Positions 43,522 through 54,479 of a stretch of 64,000 nucleotides of DNA are shown here, piece by piece. Numbering within the stretch: position 1 is the first letter of the stretch; each line of letters starts with the position of its first letter. The stretch comes from Antedon mediterranea (Eukaryota > Animalia > Echinodermata). Below the pieces are notes generated by a model that worked only from the letters and a program-made list of their open reading frames with translations, was not told where the DNA came from and did not search any database. Where the stretch lies: positions 9,440,422 to 9,504,421 of the forward strand of contig NC_092678.1 in the NCBI RefSeq assembly GCF_964355755.1. Reading direction: 5' to 3'. The translations under genes were made by a program, and so were the position numbers.

Positions 43522-46500
43522 CTATATATCTCTCTCTCGCTGATCTATCTCTCCCTCGCTGATCTATCTCTCTCTGGCTGATCTATCTATCTCTCTCTCG
43601 ATGATCTATCTCTCTCGCTGATCTATCTATCTCTCTCTCGCTGATCTATCTCTCTCTCGCTGATCTATCTGTTTCTCGCTGATCTATCTCTCTCGCTGAT
43701 CTATCTATCTCTCTCTTTCGCTGATCTATCTCTTTCTCTCGCTGATCTATCTCTCTCGCTGATCTATCTCTCTCTCGCTGATCTATCTCTCTCTCGCTGA
43801 TCTATCTCTCTCTCCTCGATCTATCTATCTCACTCTCGCTGATCGATCTATCTCTCTCTCGCTGATCTACCTATCTCTCTCACGCTGATCTATCTCTCTC
43901 CCGCTGATCTATCTATATCTCTCTCGCTGATCTATCTATCTCTCTCGCGGATCTATCTCTCTCTCTCGCTGATCTATCTATCTCTCTCGCTGATCTATCT
44001 CTCTCTCGCTGATCTATCTATCTCTCTCTCGCTGATCTATCTCTCTCTCGCTGATCGATCTATCTATCTCTCTCGCTGATCTATCTCTCTCTTTCGCTGA
44101 TCTATCTATCTCTCTCACGCTGATCTATCTCTCTCCCGCTGATCTATCTATATCTCTCTCGCTGATCTATCTCTCTCTCACGCTGATCTATCTATCTCTC
44201 TCTCTCTCGCTGATCTATCTCTTTCTCGCTGATCGATCTATCTATCTCTCTCTCGCTGATCTATCTATCTCTCTCTCGCTGATCTATCTCTGTCTCGCTG
44301 ATCTATCTATCTCTCTCACGCTGATCTATCTCTCTCCCGCTGATCTATCTATCTCTCTCTCGCTGATCGATCTATCTATCTCTGTCTCGCTGATCTATCT
44401 ATCTCTCTCTTGCTGATCTATCTATCTCTCTCTGATCTATCTATCTCTCTCTCGCTAATCTATCTCTCTCTCGATGATCTATCTCTCTCTCGCTGATCTA
44501 TCTATCTCTCTCGCTGATCTATCTATCTCTCACTGATCTATCTGTGTCTCTCTGATCTGTCTCTCCCTCGCTGATGTATCTCTCTCTCGCTGAACTATAT
44601 CTCTCTCACTGATCTATCTCTCTCTCGCTGATCTATCTCTCTCTCGCTGATCTATCTCTCTCTCGCTGATCTATCTCTCTCGCTGATCTATCTATCTCTC
44701 TCCCGCTGATCTATCTATATCTCTCTCGCTGATCTATCTATCTCTCTCGGATCTATCTCTCTCTCGCTGATCTATCTATCTCTCTCGCTGATCTATCTCT
44801 CTCTCGCTGGTCTATCTATTTCTCTCTCGCTGATCTATCTCTCTCTCGCTGATCGATCTATCTATCTCTCTCTCGCTGATCTATATATCTCTCTCTCGCT
44901 GATCTATCTCTCTCTGGCTGATCTATCTATCTCTCTCTCGATGATCTATCTCTCTCGCTGATCTATCTATCTCTCTCTCGCTGATCTATCTCTCTCTCGC
45001 TGATCTATCTCTCTCTCTCTCGCTGATCTATCTCTCTCGCTGATCTATCTATCTCTCTCTTTCGCTGATCTATCTCTTTCTCTCGCTGATCTATCTCTCT
45101 CGCTGATCTATCTCTCTCGCTGATCTATCTCTCTCTCGCTGATCTATCTCTCTCTCCTCGATCTATCTATCTCACTCTCGCTGATCTATCTATCTCTCTC
45201 TCGCTGATCTACCTATCTCTCTCTCGCTGATCTATCTCTCTCTCGCTGATCTACCTCTCTCTCTCTATCTCTCGCTGATCTATCTCTCTCTCTCTCTCTC
45301 TCTCGCTGATCTAACTCTCTCTCTCTCTGATCTATCTCTCTCTCTCGCTGATCTATCTCTCTCTTGATGATCTATCTCTCTCTCTCTCTCGCTGATCTAT
45401 CTATCTCTCTCTCGCTGATCTATCTCTCTCTCGCTGATCTATCTCTCTCTCGCTGATCTATCTATCTCTCTCACGCTGATCTATCTCTCTCTCGCTGATC
45501 TATCTATCTCTGTCTCGCTGATCTATCTATCTCTCCCTCCTCAGAGCGCACATGCAAAAATGCACATCGGCCACCTACAGTTTTCAGTGAGAAACATGCA
45601 CATTTGATGATAATCTAGGGGGACTTTCCACAGTAAGACATAGGCACAGGTGCATGTTTGCTCTCCGCGAGACTGTCACTATGAGAATTGCACATATGCT
45701 GATTTACATATAATTATTACTCTTTCTCTACCTATTCAATAAAAAGTCTGTAAAATATCGTTTTTCTGACAGATTATTTAAGTCTCTAATTAACATTCAT
45801 GTCTCTAATGATTTACACGTTATCTTCCTTGTTTTTTATGAAAAATATCGTTTTGGGGAAAAAATTGAGTAATGTTCTAAGAACGATAGGTCGTCATATT
45901 TTTTATTTCACATTCACCAACATCGTCCTTTAAACATTTACTTTACATTGGAAACATATAACGTTTATATTTTTCCTATGTAAAAAAACACCAAAAGATC
46001 GTTTTTCCAGAGTTTCAACCCGATTTGACATCGGGAAAATGGTTTCCGCGGCGATTTTTATGTGTGTACTTAAAGGTGCACATATGCTGATTTTACCAAA
46101 AACACGTTATTTTACACAAAAATTCATCGTTTTGTAAAAATTTTGAGTTTCATACACAATACATTTATATACTCTCTTTTTTTAATGAAGAAAACTAAAA
46201 AAAATATCGTGTCTTTTTTGAAAAAAATGTAAAAAACGCGTAATTTCTCAGACTCGAATGCACTTTTGATGATTTTTGAATTTTTTCATGACTTATAACT
46301 TGGTATGTATTTGATTAAATTGTATGAAGTATGCTTTTCTCTACTCACTTTTCAACAAAGAAAATATTCTCTTCGGTCAAAATCGATAATTTATCGTTTT
46401 TCGGCTATAATTAATTACCTTTTATGTAAAGAGCGCACGTCTAAATTGAGGTCGCCCTTTCACTGGAGGCTCGTTCGTTATTATATTTTTTAAATAGTTT

Positions 46501-49080
46501 TATAACTGTAGTTTGGTTATTTTAATAAAGTAGATTTAATTAATAACTATGCTGATTTTTATTTATTTTTAGGAGTTGTTTGATTAAAATTCGACAATTT
46601 TATGTTGCCTTAATCGAATTTGTTAAAAATTAAACTAGTAAATAAATAAAATTAGCCGTTAGGGTTATGTCAACCCAATGTTTGTGAATGCTAAATTCCG
46701 TAATTTCTTCAAAATTACTACTTTACTTTATATGAAGCAATGCTTTGATTATATTTCTATAACATATCAAAGGGATTTAATTGAAACTGTACAAAAAAGT
46801 GACAATTTATGCGATTTTCTATACCATACAAAAAAATTTGGAACGCGAAATATCCTTTTTGTAACATACAGAACGAAATTGATATTTGTTTGCGGTTCAA
46901 CACACATTGAGGTTATCGCGTCGGTCCGCAGACGTCACGCTATATTGGCAATTAGGTTTAGCGTAATTTCGCTATCGTAAACAGATATTTTTTTCTTATT
47001 TTGCTTCGATTTTATTTTAATTTGGCTGTTACACTTATTCTTTCCTTTTATTGGCGTCAGACACTGTGCATTTGTGAACCAAGGGAGATCAATTTAGTGA
47101 CTTGGGAATGAGTAAATAGTGAATTATTGAGCATTATTCTGCGGACTTCAAATTCAAAAGTGGAACCCGGAGGTTCAGCGTGGATCAATTATCATAATAT
47201 AAACAAACGGGACCAAACAAACATGTAGGATGGCTTTTTTCGGTAAACGATTAAACAAATGACTAGACTATAATATGTAGTACTTTTTATTGTCTTATAA
47301 TAAACAAGGGAGAGGTAGGGATCATAGCTATGTCTACGCTAGGCCGAAGTTTAAGCCAGGCTAGTTAGAGGGCCTCCAGTCGTATTGTAGTACTGTAGTA
47401 GTAGGCCTAGCCTATAGTTATATAGTTAATTGAAGTAGGTAGGCCTAGATAAAGTAGTCTAGGCCTAGTTTGAATGTTCAAGTACTTTAGTAATACTATC
47501 AAAGTATTCACAGCATTTATATTCACAGGCTATCTAGACTAGTTGCTAGCTAGGCGAAAATAACATTATTATTGTTATACTGCCCTTAATAACATGGAGT
47601 AATAATAAGGATAAGGTCTTGTTGGATGAGGCCATCGATCAAGTTTACATTCCGTACAAGTTGTTCTGTTTTTCTGTTGTAAATTAGTATTTTCTATCAA
47701 TCATCAACATTTGGTGTTGCGGCTATCGGGACATCAACCTCATTGGCTAATAAACAGCTCAATAAACAGCTCAGTGAATTTCGGCCACTGATATGTCTGT
47801 TGCCGCATCCCTACTTACCAACAAAAAACACTCTTATAGACAATCGTCAATAAAAACAATTTTCAGAAAAAAATTTACAAATTAGGTCAGCCGAAACCAA
47901 ATCAAATTACTAGAAAAAACTAAAAAATATTCATTTGATGCCAGGTAAACTGTGCCGATAGAAATGGTCCCGATAGAAATGGTCATGGTGTACCCTAATG
48001 TAAAGAACATACTGTAAAGAAAATAATAAATCTTCTGAAACACCATTTTAAAAGCATTACCTTCGATTTCATAAAAGGAAGACACTGTCGTATCTACCAT
48101 AAATATCATTTGAGAGACAAAAAAAATTCAAGAGTGAAACAAAACACAATACAATATTTAAAATTGTATTGATTACATCACACAGAGAGTGTCAATGTTC
48201 CATTACATGAAATGCTTAAATTTGACTGGGAATTATGCAATGAACAATAAATATTTATTTAAATAAGAAATAATAATTAATTTGATTTGAATTTATTAGG
48301 AAAATCATAAAATATACATACAAAGTAATAACATAATGAGGAAACTGGACAATTGACCAATGAAGCTAGGAGGTTTTGAATACCGGCAGACTAAAAACTG
48401 TCCATTTTAGAGGATTATCAAATGATCAATGTATTAAATAAATAAAAATATTAAATAATATTAATATAAAATCCTTTTTTTTAATATGACGAGACATGTT
48501 TATCAAAAATATTAGAATTCGTGGAAGGAAATATTTGATTCATATTAAAATGAATTATAGTGGAATTACTCTTGAAATATAAAATACTCATGACAAGAAT
48601 ATAGAAATCACAATTTAATGTACACATTTCATTGCAAAAGTTTCCCCTCTGCTTTTTTGTAAGGGCTTGGGACCTTCAAATACAAAGTGCAATGAATGAT
48701 TTAATGTAAATTATAATGTAACTATATAAACTTATTGTAATAATATAAAAATTACAAAATAATTCACTACATTAACCATTGCTCTTTGGATTTGGCAGCA
48801 TTAAAAACTTTTTTTTTATTATTATTTTTATTAACTTTATTGCACATTCAGAAAACCATTAGATATGGTGGCCCAATGGCCAAATTGCATAAAATATAAA
48901 ATATTTTGTAAAAAGTGAAAATAAAATAACAGAACAAAACAAAAAATAGAAGATATATATATATATGAAACAGTATAAAAACTCTATCCATGGCTACAAA
49001 AATCATTTGGAATCATTCTTGTTGCTGTTTTTTTTTCCACTCTTGACGATGGTGACGGGTGGCAACCAATAGCCAATTTT

Positions 49081-50091
49081 CATGCTTCATCAGATGTTGC
49101 AGCACAATACCAATTTCCATAGTACTGAGTGTGGTTCTTATTTAACCTTGGTTGCTTACACTTTGAGCACACAATCACAGACATTCTTGATTTGTACATT
49201 TTGATCGGTTTCCAATGTTTTTAGCCACTCGTTTTCTGTACAAGAGGGTAGTTCTAGGAATGCGAGTACTACTAGCCGCAGGGACTGATGGTGGTGGGTT
49301 TGCTATCTCGCCTGGAACTGGGATCGACAGTCTGTTTCCTAGAGTTGCTCGGCCGGAAGTGTTTTTTGGTTGGACAAATGTGAGAGATGGAGCGCTTGCA
49401 GGATCGTTTAGCACCGCTGGATTGGTTAAAGGTTCAAGTAGGGTATTATCAGAGACAAGTTTGGGTATTGTTGCTGAGATGCCAGATTCCAAAACTTGCT
49501 GCTCTTGCTTCTTTGATGTTCTGTTGTACCTGTAATAACATCAATAACAAGTTAAAACTCACCGCTGGATGAGTGTCGTATGATTTATCTCCATCAGCTG
49601 AAGCTTACCAAACAACATCAGGTGTCCATTTGATAGCACTTTCCGACGAATGTTTTTGTAGCCTTTGCCGATTAGCGGCCAGCGCTGGAAATGTTTCCCT
49701 CCGATATATACGGTAGACGGATACTCTTCACATAGTTTTGTAATAAGGCACTCCATATATCGATTGCAGTCCGGCCATTGGGCTGGTCCGGTGTTCTGAC
49801 CTAAGAAGCATCTGTTAACCTACAAAGTGAAAAACGCAGGAAACTGCCTTACTGTCGAGTGCTTTCAACACCAGGTATTACAGCAGTCGTTTTACTTTTC
49901 TTGAACCTGCCTTTTGTGAGGTAATCGTGATGCCGTGCTTTGCGCTTAACGGTTTTGTCATACGCATCCAGGTTGTTCCACAACTTTGTGACATGTTCAG
50001 CATGACTTTGACTTATGACTTCACTGTCTTCCTTAAACTGCATAAGGTAGCAGCCTGGAATGCTGTCTAGTCCAGTGGAATCCTCAAGTTC
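49081..50091 (-). pseudogene. Spliced C-terminal half of a probable Dada-superfamily (DUF6729-family) DDE transposase, degraded
   Basis: Exons 50091-49853, 49811-49563 and 49529-~49081, joined by GT-AG introns of 41 and 33 nt, give ...KLWNNLDAYDK...KGRFKKSK...PGVESTRQ/CFLGQNTGPAQWPDCNRYMECLITKLC...LMEINHTTLIQR/YNR.... After a frameshift near 49200 comes a CCHC finger, CSKCKQPRLNKNHTQYYGNWYC. Family assigned from recalled motifs; no DDE core found upstream. Confidence 0.7.
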
Positions 50092-52314
50092 CTAAATTTT
50101 GTTAAGAAAATATGAAAACAACATAAATAATAAGACTTTATGCATTGTATTGCAAAACAGAAACAAAATTTATGAGGTAAATAATAATAATATTTATTCG
50201 GTCATCAATGTAAAAACAAGCACGAATGTGGGGGTACAGCGAAAGAAGCTGTAATGACGTCCTAAGACCATAAAGAGAAAATGTTTTATAAGGGAAATAA
50301 GAATAAAGGTGGGCGATACCCACAAAAGAGAAGAAAAACAAATGCTTTAAATCTCAACCAAAGTTACATTAAGCAAGTCTTTAATGTATCAATATTTGAT
50401 TTGATCATCGGATGAGTTTTTAATTAATTTAATCCTGAGAATTCCATATAATTTGTAATTCTAACATGAAGCTATAAAATTAGATGATTCTACCATAGCA
50501 TAACATAAATGGAGCACGATTGAGAAGAGACAGCATTATGTTATTATATGACATTTTTTGCTTTAAAAGTGACAATTGCTAGTATACAACAGGGAAGACA
50601 GGCAGGCCCGAGGTGCTCTGAATCTCTGATGTAGAATTACATCTCTGTCGTAGAAAGTTCCAGGAAGACATATGACACTGCACAAGGAAAACCAAAAATA
50701 AAATTGATTATAACGTAATGTGCAGGTGGTAATTGTGTTGCCTTAATAACTTCTGTAGAAACTACCTTTCGATTGATCTGACCTTAGGTAGGTTGTCGGT
50801 GGTCATCTGAAACTAGAATACATCAAAATTGCCAAGTTGAGGAGTGAGGGAGGACGTCCTAATATCTCTGCATGCACACAATGTTCTGAACACAACCTTA
50901 TTTTAAGTATTATGGAATAAAAATTTATTTGATTGATTAATGGATTACCTTGGGAATTACCTGAATACAGTAAATGCAACCAGTTACAATAGTTGTCATC
51001 ATTAATGACTTCAACACCAACCCACATAGATGAAACTGAAAGTATAACAATGTAAATACAGTTGTTCTGAGTTCAGTAATGTGGGGGAAGTTAGTAATAA
51101 CTAGCGTCAGAATAAACAACACAGGTACCAATAATAAAGCAGGAGTTCTCAACAGTTTTCAATCGTACGCCACATTGTAATTTACTAATAATGTTGTGTG
51201 CCAGAGATAGAATGTGAAGTCACAGGTGGGGGAACCAGCCGTGTAACAAGGGTGTTGTGTTGAATTGTGAACAAAGCATTATAGTCAACACTCCTACTAG
51301 TAAACAAAACAGAAACAAAATATTTCATCTCATATTTGATACAACACAGTTCGTTAAGTTGTGCAGTATTATTATTTAATTTGACATTTAATTAAATAAA
51401 ACACATGCATACAAAACATACGTATTGTAAACTCTTACTTTTAAACTGCAAAAGGATGTTATGATGAAGAATATCCAGAATGTTAACAGCAACTAACTGT
51501 TGGTGGAAAATTAATGGCATATTAAAATATTAGAGTTTTCAGTTTATATTTATTAGACAACTGATAGACAAACTATATATAGATAGATATTACCCAAGTA
51601 CAAATAATAATTCACTGTCAATTAATAATTTATAACTTTTTTTTTTTCATTTATAACAATATTTGTAAAAATTATACTAAACCTTTTGTTTAGATCAGCT
51701 TTTTGAAATAATGCCCTGCTATTTTAGGGTATTTAACATTAGCGTATACTCAGAGTATACATACAGAAGAGTTGGTGTTAAAAAGGAGAAAGCAGAAATA
51801 AAAATAACCTATTACAAGTAAAATAGTTTTTGCAAACTAGCTACAGTGTGGTTATAACTTACCAGGTCTAAATGTGTTTGTTGTAATAATGACTGCTAAA
51901 AACCATGACTCTGAAAGAAACTCAAAGTAACTCAAACTACATGTTAATCAACATCAAAACATATGAAAATAATAAGGTAGCATGTTGTGGTGGCTTTATC
52001 ATTAACTAAAATACTGCCATGTTAGGATATGCTTGGGATTGGCTTCACGTTCTATTTCTGCCAATTTTCTGAATAATCTATTAAGCTACAGAATGCTAGA
52101 ATTATGTTTAACCTGTCTGTGATTTGATGATCCATATATAACATCTTGAAAGGTCTTTCCTTGCATAGAAGACAAAACTACTGTTTTCATTAATTACTTT
52201 ATAGAATTTTATTTTTCTTTTTTTGTAACTTAAATTAACATTTCCATTATTAAATCATTTAAAATAGTATAACATTTCAACAATTCATTATTAACACATG
52301 CTATGAATATAATA

Positions 52315-52764
52315 TAGTCGACTCTCCAAATACTGGACTCTGAACTGAAAAAACCGAACACTCTCCCAATACCAGAATTGTCTTGAGGACCAGAAGACCC
52401 CAAATTCCTAAGCTTTTAATATTAAGAGAATTTTCCAAAGCATGTAGGGAAACTCAGAAAACTCAGAAACTGAGCAGACAGGTCTATTTTCAATAAGGTG
52501 ATGGGACCAGGATAGCTTTATTTGCCAAGTCATGCATAACATATCGTTTGAGGGGCTTCATAAGCAGCCGCACATGTGGTTTAATCTTTTGTTTTAATTT
52601 AGCTGACTGAGACAATCACTACATAGTTGCACGCTTATCCACTTTAGCGGACTTCCTGCTATGCGGAACAGGATGTAAACTCGTTAAAAAACACATTCCA
52701 AATACCAAACCGTTACAGAATCCAACATATTCTGCCAGGTGTCCGGTATTAGGAAAGTTGACTG
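52315..52764. mobile_element. pogo/Tigger-like (Tc1-mariner) MITE
   Basis: Imperfect TIRs: TAGTCGACTCTCCAAATACTGGAC on the left and the reverse complement CAGTCAACTTTCCTAATACCGGAC on the right. Flanked by TA at 52313-52314 and 52765-52766. Confidence 0.75.
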
Positions 52765-52884
52765 TACAATAATGAATAATTTATCAACTACATATGTTAT
52801 TAAACCACCACACAAACAATTAATGTTAAATATTAAACGATGAAACATGTTTTGTCTAAATCAACTAACAATTACTTATTAAGG

Positions 52885-53076
52885 GTATGTTCAGACTCTT
52901 GACGTAAAAGTACTACTTCTCCCTACCATCCACAAACCGAGGAATTAGTGGAAAGCTTTAATGGCACCCTTAAGTGTATGGTTTGTTCAGGATGATCCCC
53001 GGGAATGGAATAAATTGCTTCCGTACCTATTATTTGCTTATAGGGAGATACCGCAGGAGTCTACTGGGTTCTCCCC
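52885..53076 (+). pseudogene. Gypsy/Ty3 (Gmr1-like) integrase fragment
   Basis: With frameshifts it reads TSPYHPQT.GLVESFNGTLKCM...VQDDPREWNKLLPYLLFAYREIPQESTGFSP, the conserved end of the integrase core. Confidence 0.88.
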
Positions 53077-54045
53077 ACATGATACGTCCACCTAGGGATA
53101 GTATGACTGATAACCACATCATGGAGGAAATAAAGTTCATCAGTTTTTATATGAGAAAACAAATTTGTTATCCTTACTCTGTAGAGATAGTCAACTGAAG
53201 GCAAACAGACAAAAGTGATTCTGCTAACTTTTCTAATCAGACGATCTATTAATTCTTTATCTTTGTTAAAAGCAATTTCTCCCCATCCCGTTAAGCAATA
53301 ACTCCAAACCCCACAAACAACTGACGTATAAAAGATATTGATGGTTTTGTTACTCACATTAAAAGCATTTACATACGAGTATTTAATTTCTTACTAATAT
53401 ATTCTAAATATTCAGAAAAATTTAATCTATCTCTACATGATTACCATCAATAATGAATGAATAATATCAGTAGATGCCCTAAATTTATTACGAAAATCTA
53501 TTACCATTTCTTTGGTCTTAGAATAGCAGTATTAAGTTTAAGATGGTTTTTATTACAAAAACCTTACAAACCGGTCAATTTCAGCTTTATAATAACCATA
53601 GTTGTCATTTTTGACCCAGGATGGCTGTATCATCAGCTAATTTGATAACAGGACAGTCTGGGTGATCGGACTTAAAGTCTGAAGTGAACACAGTGAATAG
53701 GAAAGGGGCTAAAACTGTGCCCTGTGGGGAACCTGTGTTACTAAACAATAATTTCATATTTAACTTCGCTGTTCAGTTTAATATATTGATATCTATGTGT
53801 CAAAAAAATTAAGTACAAGGCCATTCAACTTATTAGGTACGTTGGCATTTATCAAATTATTTGTCAACAGATGAAGGCCGATGATAGATCAAAATACATT
53901 ATTCTGACACTGTGTTGGTGTTTGTACCCTCTAAATGAGAATAATGTATAACGTCTGTGTAATATTGATCCATTACGATTGATTATTGCGATTAAAATCA
54001 TCATTTATTATAATATAAGCATCAGCGTATTTGGCTTCAATATCT
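53077..54045 (-). pseudogene. Degraded Rex/Babar-like LINE ORF2 (reverse transcriptase plus DUF1891-like region)
   Basis: Minus-strand motifs VRIMYFDLSSAF (~53890), NTGSPQGTVLAPFLFTVFTSDF (~53720), IKLADDTAILG (~53630) and FYTSVVCGVWSYCLTGWG (ORF 53061-53357). Multiple indels; boundaries approximate. Confidence 0.88.
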
Positions 54046-54105
54046 AAGATAACATCATTTATTTCACAAAGGACCTCTTTTCCAAGATTAGTGTGCGGAA
54101 TGTAG

Positions 54106-54440
54106 ATGGAAATGTTCATAGTAACTGAAAATTCGCATGGAAAAACTACTGTAATAAAGCATGACGTACACCCAGTTAGACAAAAAGCTTATCCAATTCA
54201 TCAGGCTAAGTTAGGCAAAGTAAAAGAAGAGTCTCACTGTCCAAAACGCGACGGTACAGCTCGCTTTAACATGAATTACAAAAAAATGCATATCCAATGC
54301 CACGGATAAATGAAATAATAGGCAGGGTTGGTACTACTAAATTTATAACGAAATTAGATTGATGTAGAAGGTTCCTAACTGAACGGTCAAAACCATATAC
54401 AGCTTTTCCAACACCAATGGTTTTGTAACAATTTAAGTGT
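54106..54440 (+). pseudogene. Gypsy/Ty3 reverse transcriptase N-terminal fragment
   Basis: GKTTVIKHD...PVRQKAYPI...PKRDGTARFNMNYKK / AYPMPRINEIIGRVGTTKFITKLD / SKPYTAFPTP. Internal deletions and stops. Confidence 0.85.
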
Positions 54441-54479
54441 TAGGCCAAGAGTCTGGACATACCCTAAATAACCACAGTA

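Larger units (their letters stand above)
1..45535. repeat. Large pyrimidine-rich satellite array, consensus monomer GCTGATCTATCTCTCTCTC (~17-25 bp, varying by CT and TATC steps)
   Basis: Directly visible. Continuous blocks at 1-2776, 6057-21820, 23888-43230 and 43522-45535, with the same orientation throughout. Nearly every monomer has one CpG and one GATC. Confidence 0.99.

Noticed and set aside
1-45535. CRISPR-like array (constant GCTGATC with variable spacers) or telomerase-type repeat
   Set aside because: The variable parts are only CT/TATC length variants, not unique spacers, and there are no cas genes. Kb-scale copying of variant order points to recombination, not de novo synthesis.
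47714-47810. Imperfect inverted repeat around a duplicated AATAAACAGCTC
   Set aside because: Arms are short and mismatched, with no TSD; cannot be called a MITE without other copies.
46305-48109. ORFs 46305-46493, 46678-46980 and 47882-48109
   Set aside because: Compositionally biased, no recognisable motifs and no convincing splice context.
48270-48650. Possible old minus-strand LINE 3' end (AATAAA plus short-repeat tail)
   Set aside because: Too degenerate to recover a convincing ORF2 motif by eye.
49215-49572. Plus-strand ORFs of 106 and 61 aa
   Set aside because: Antisense shadows of the minus-strand transposase exons.
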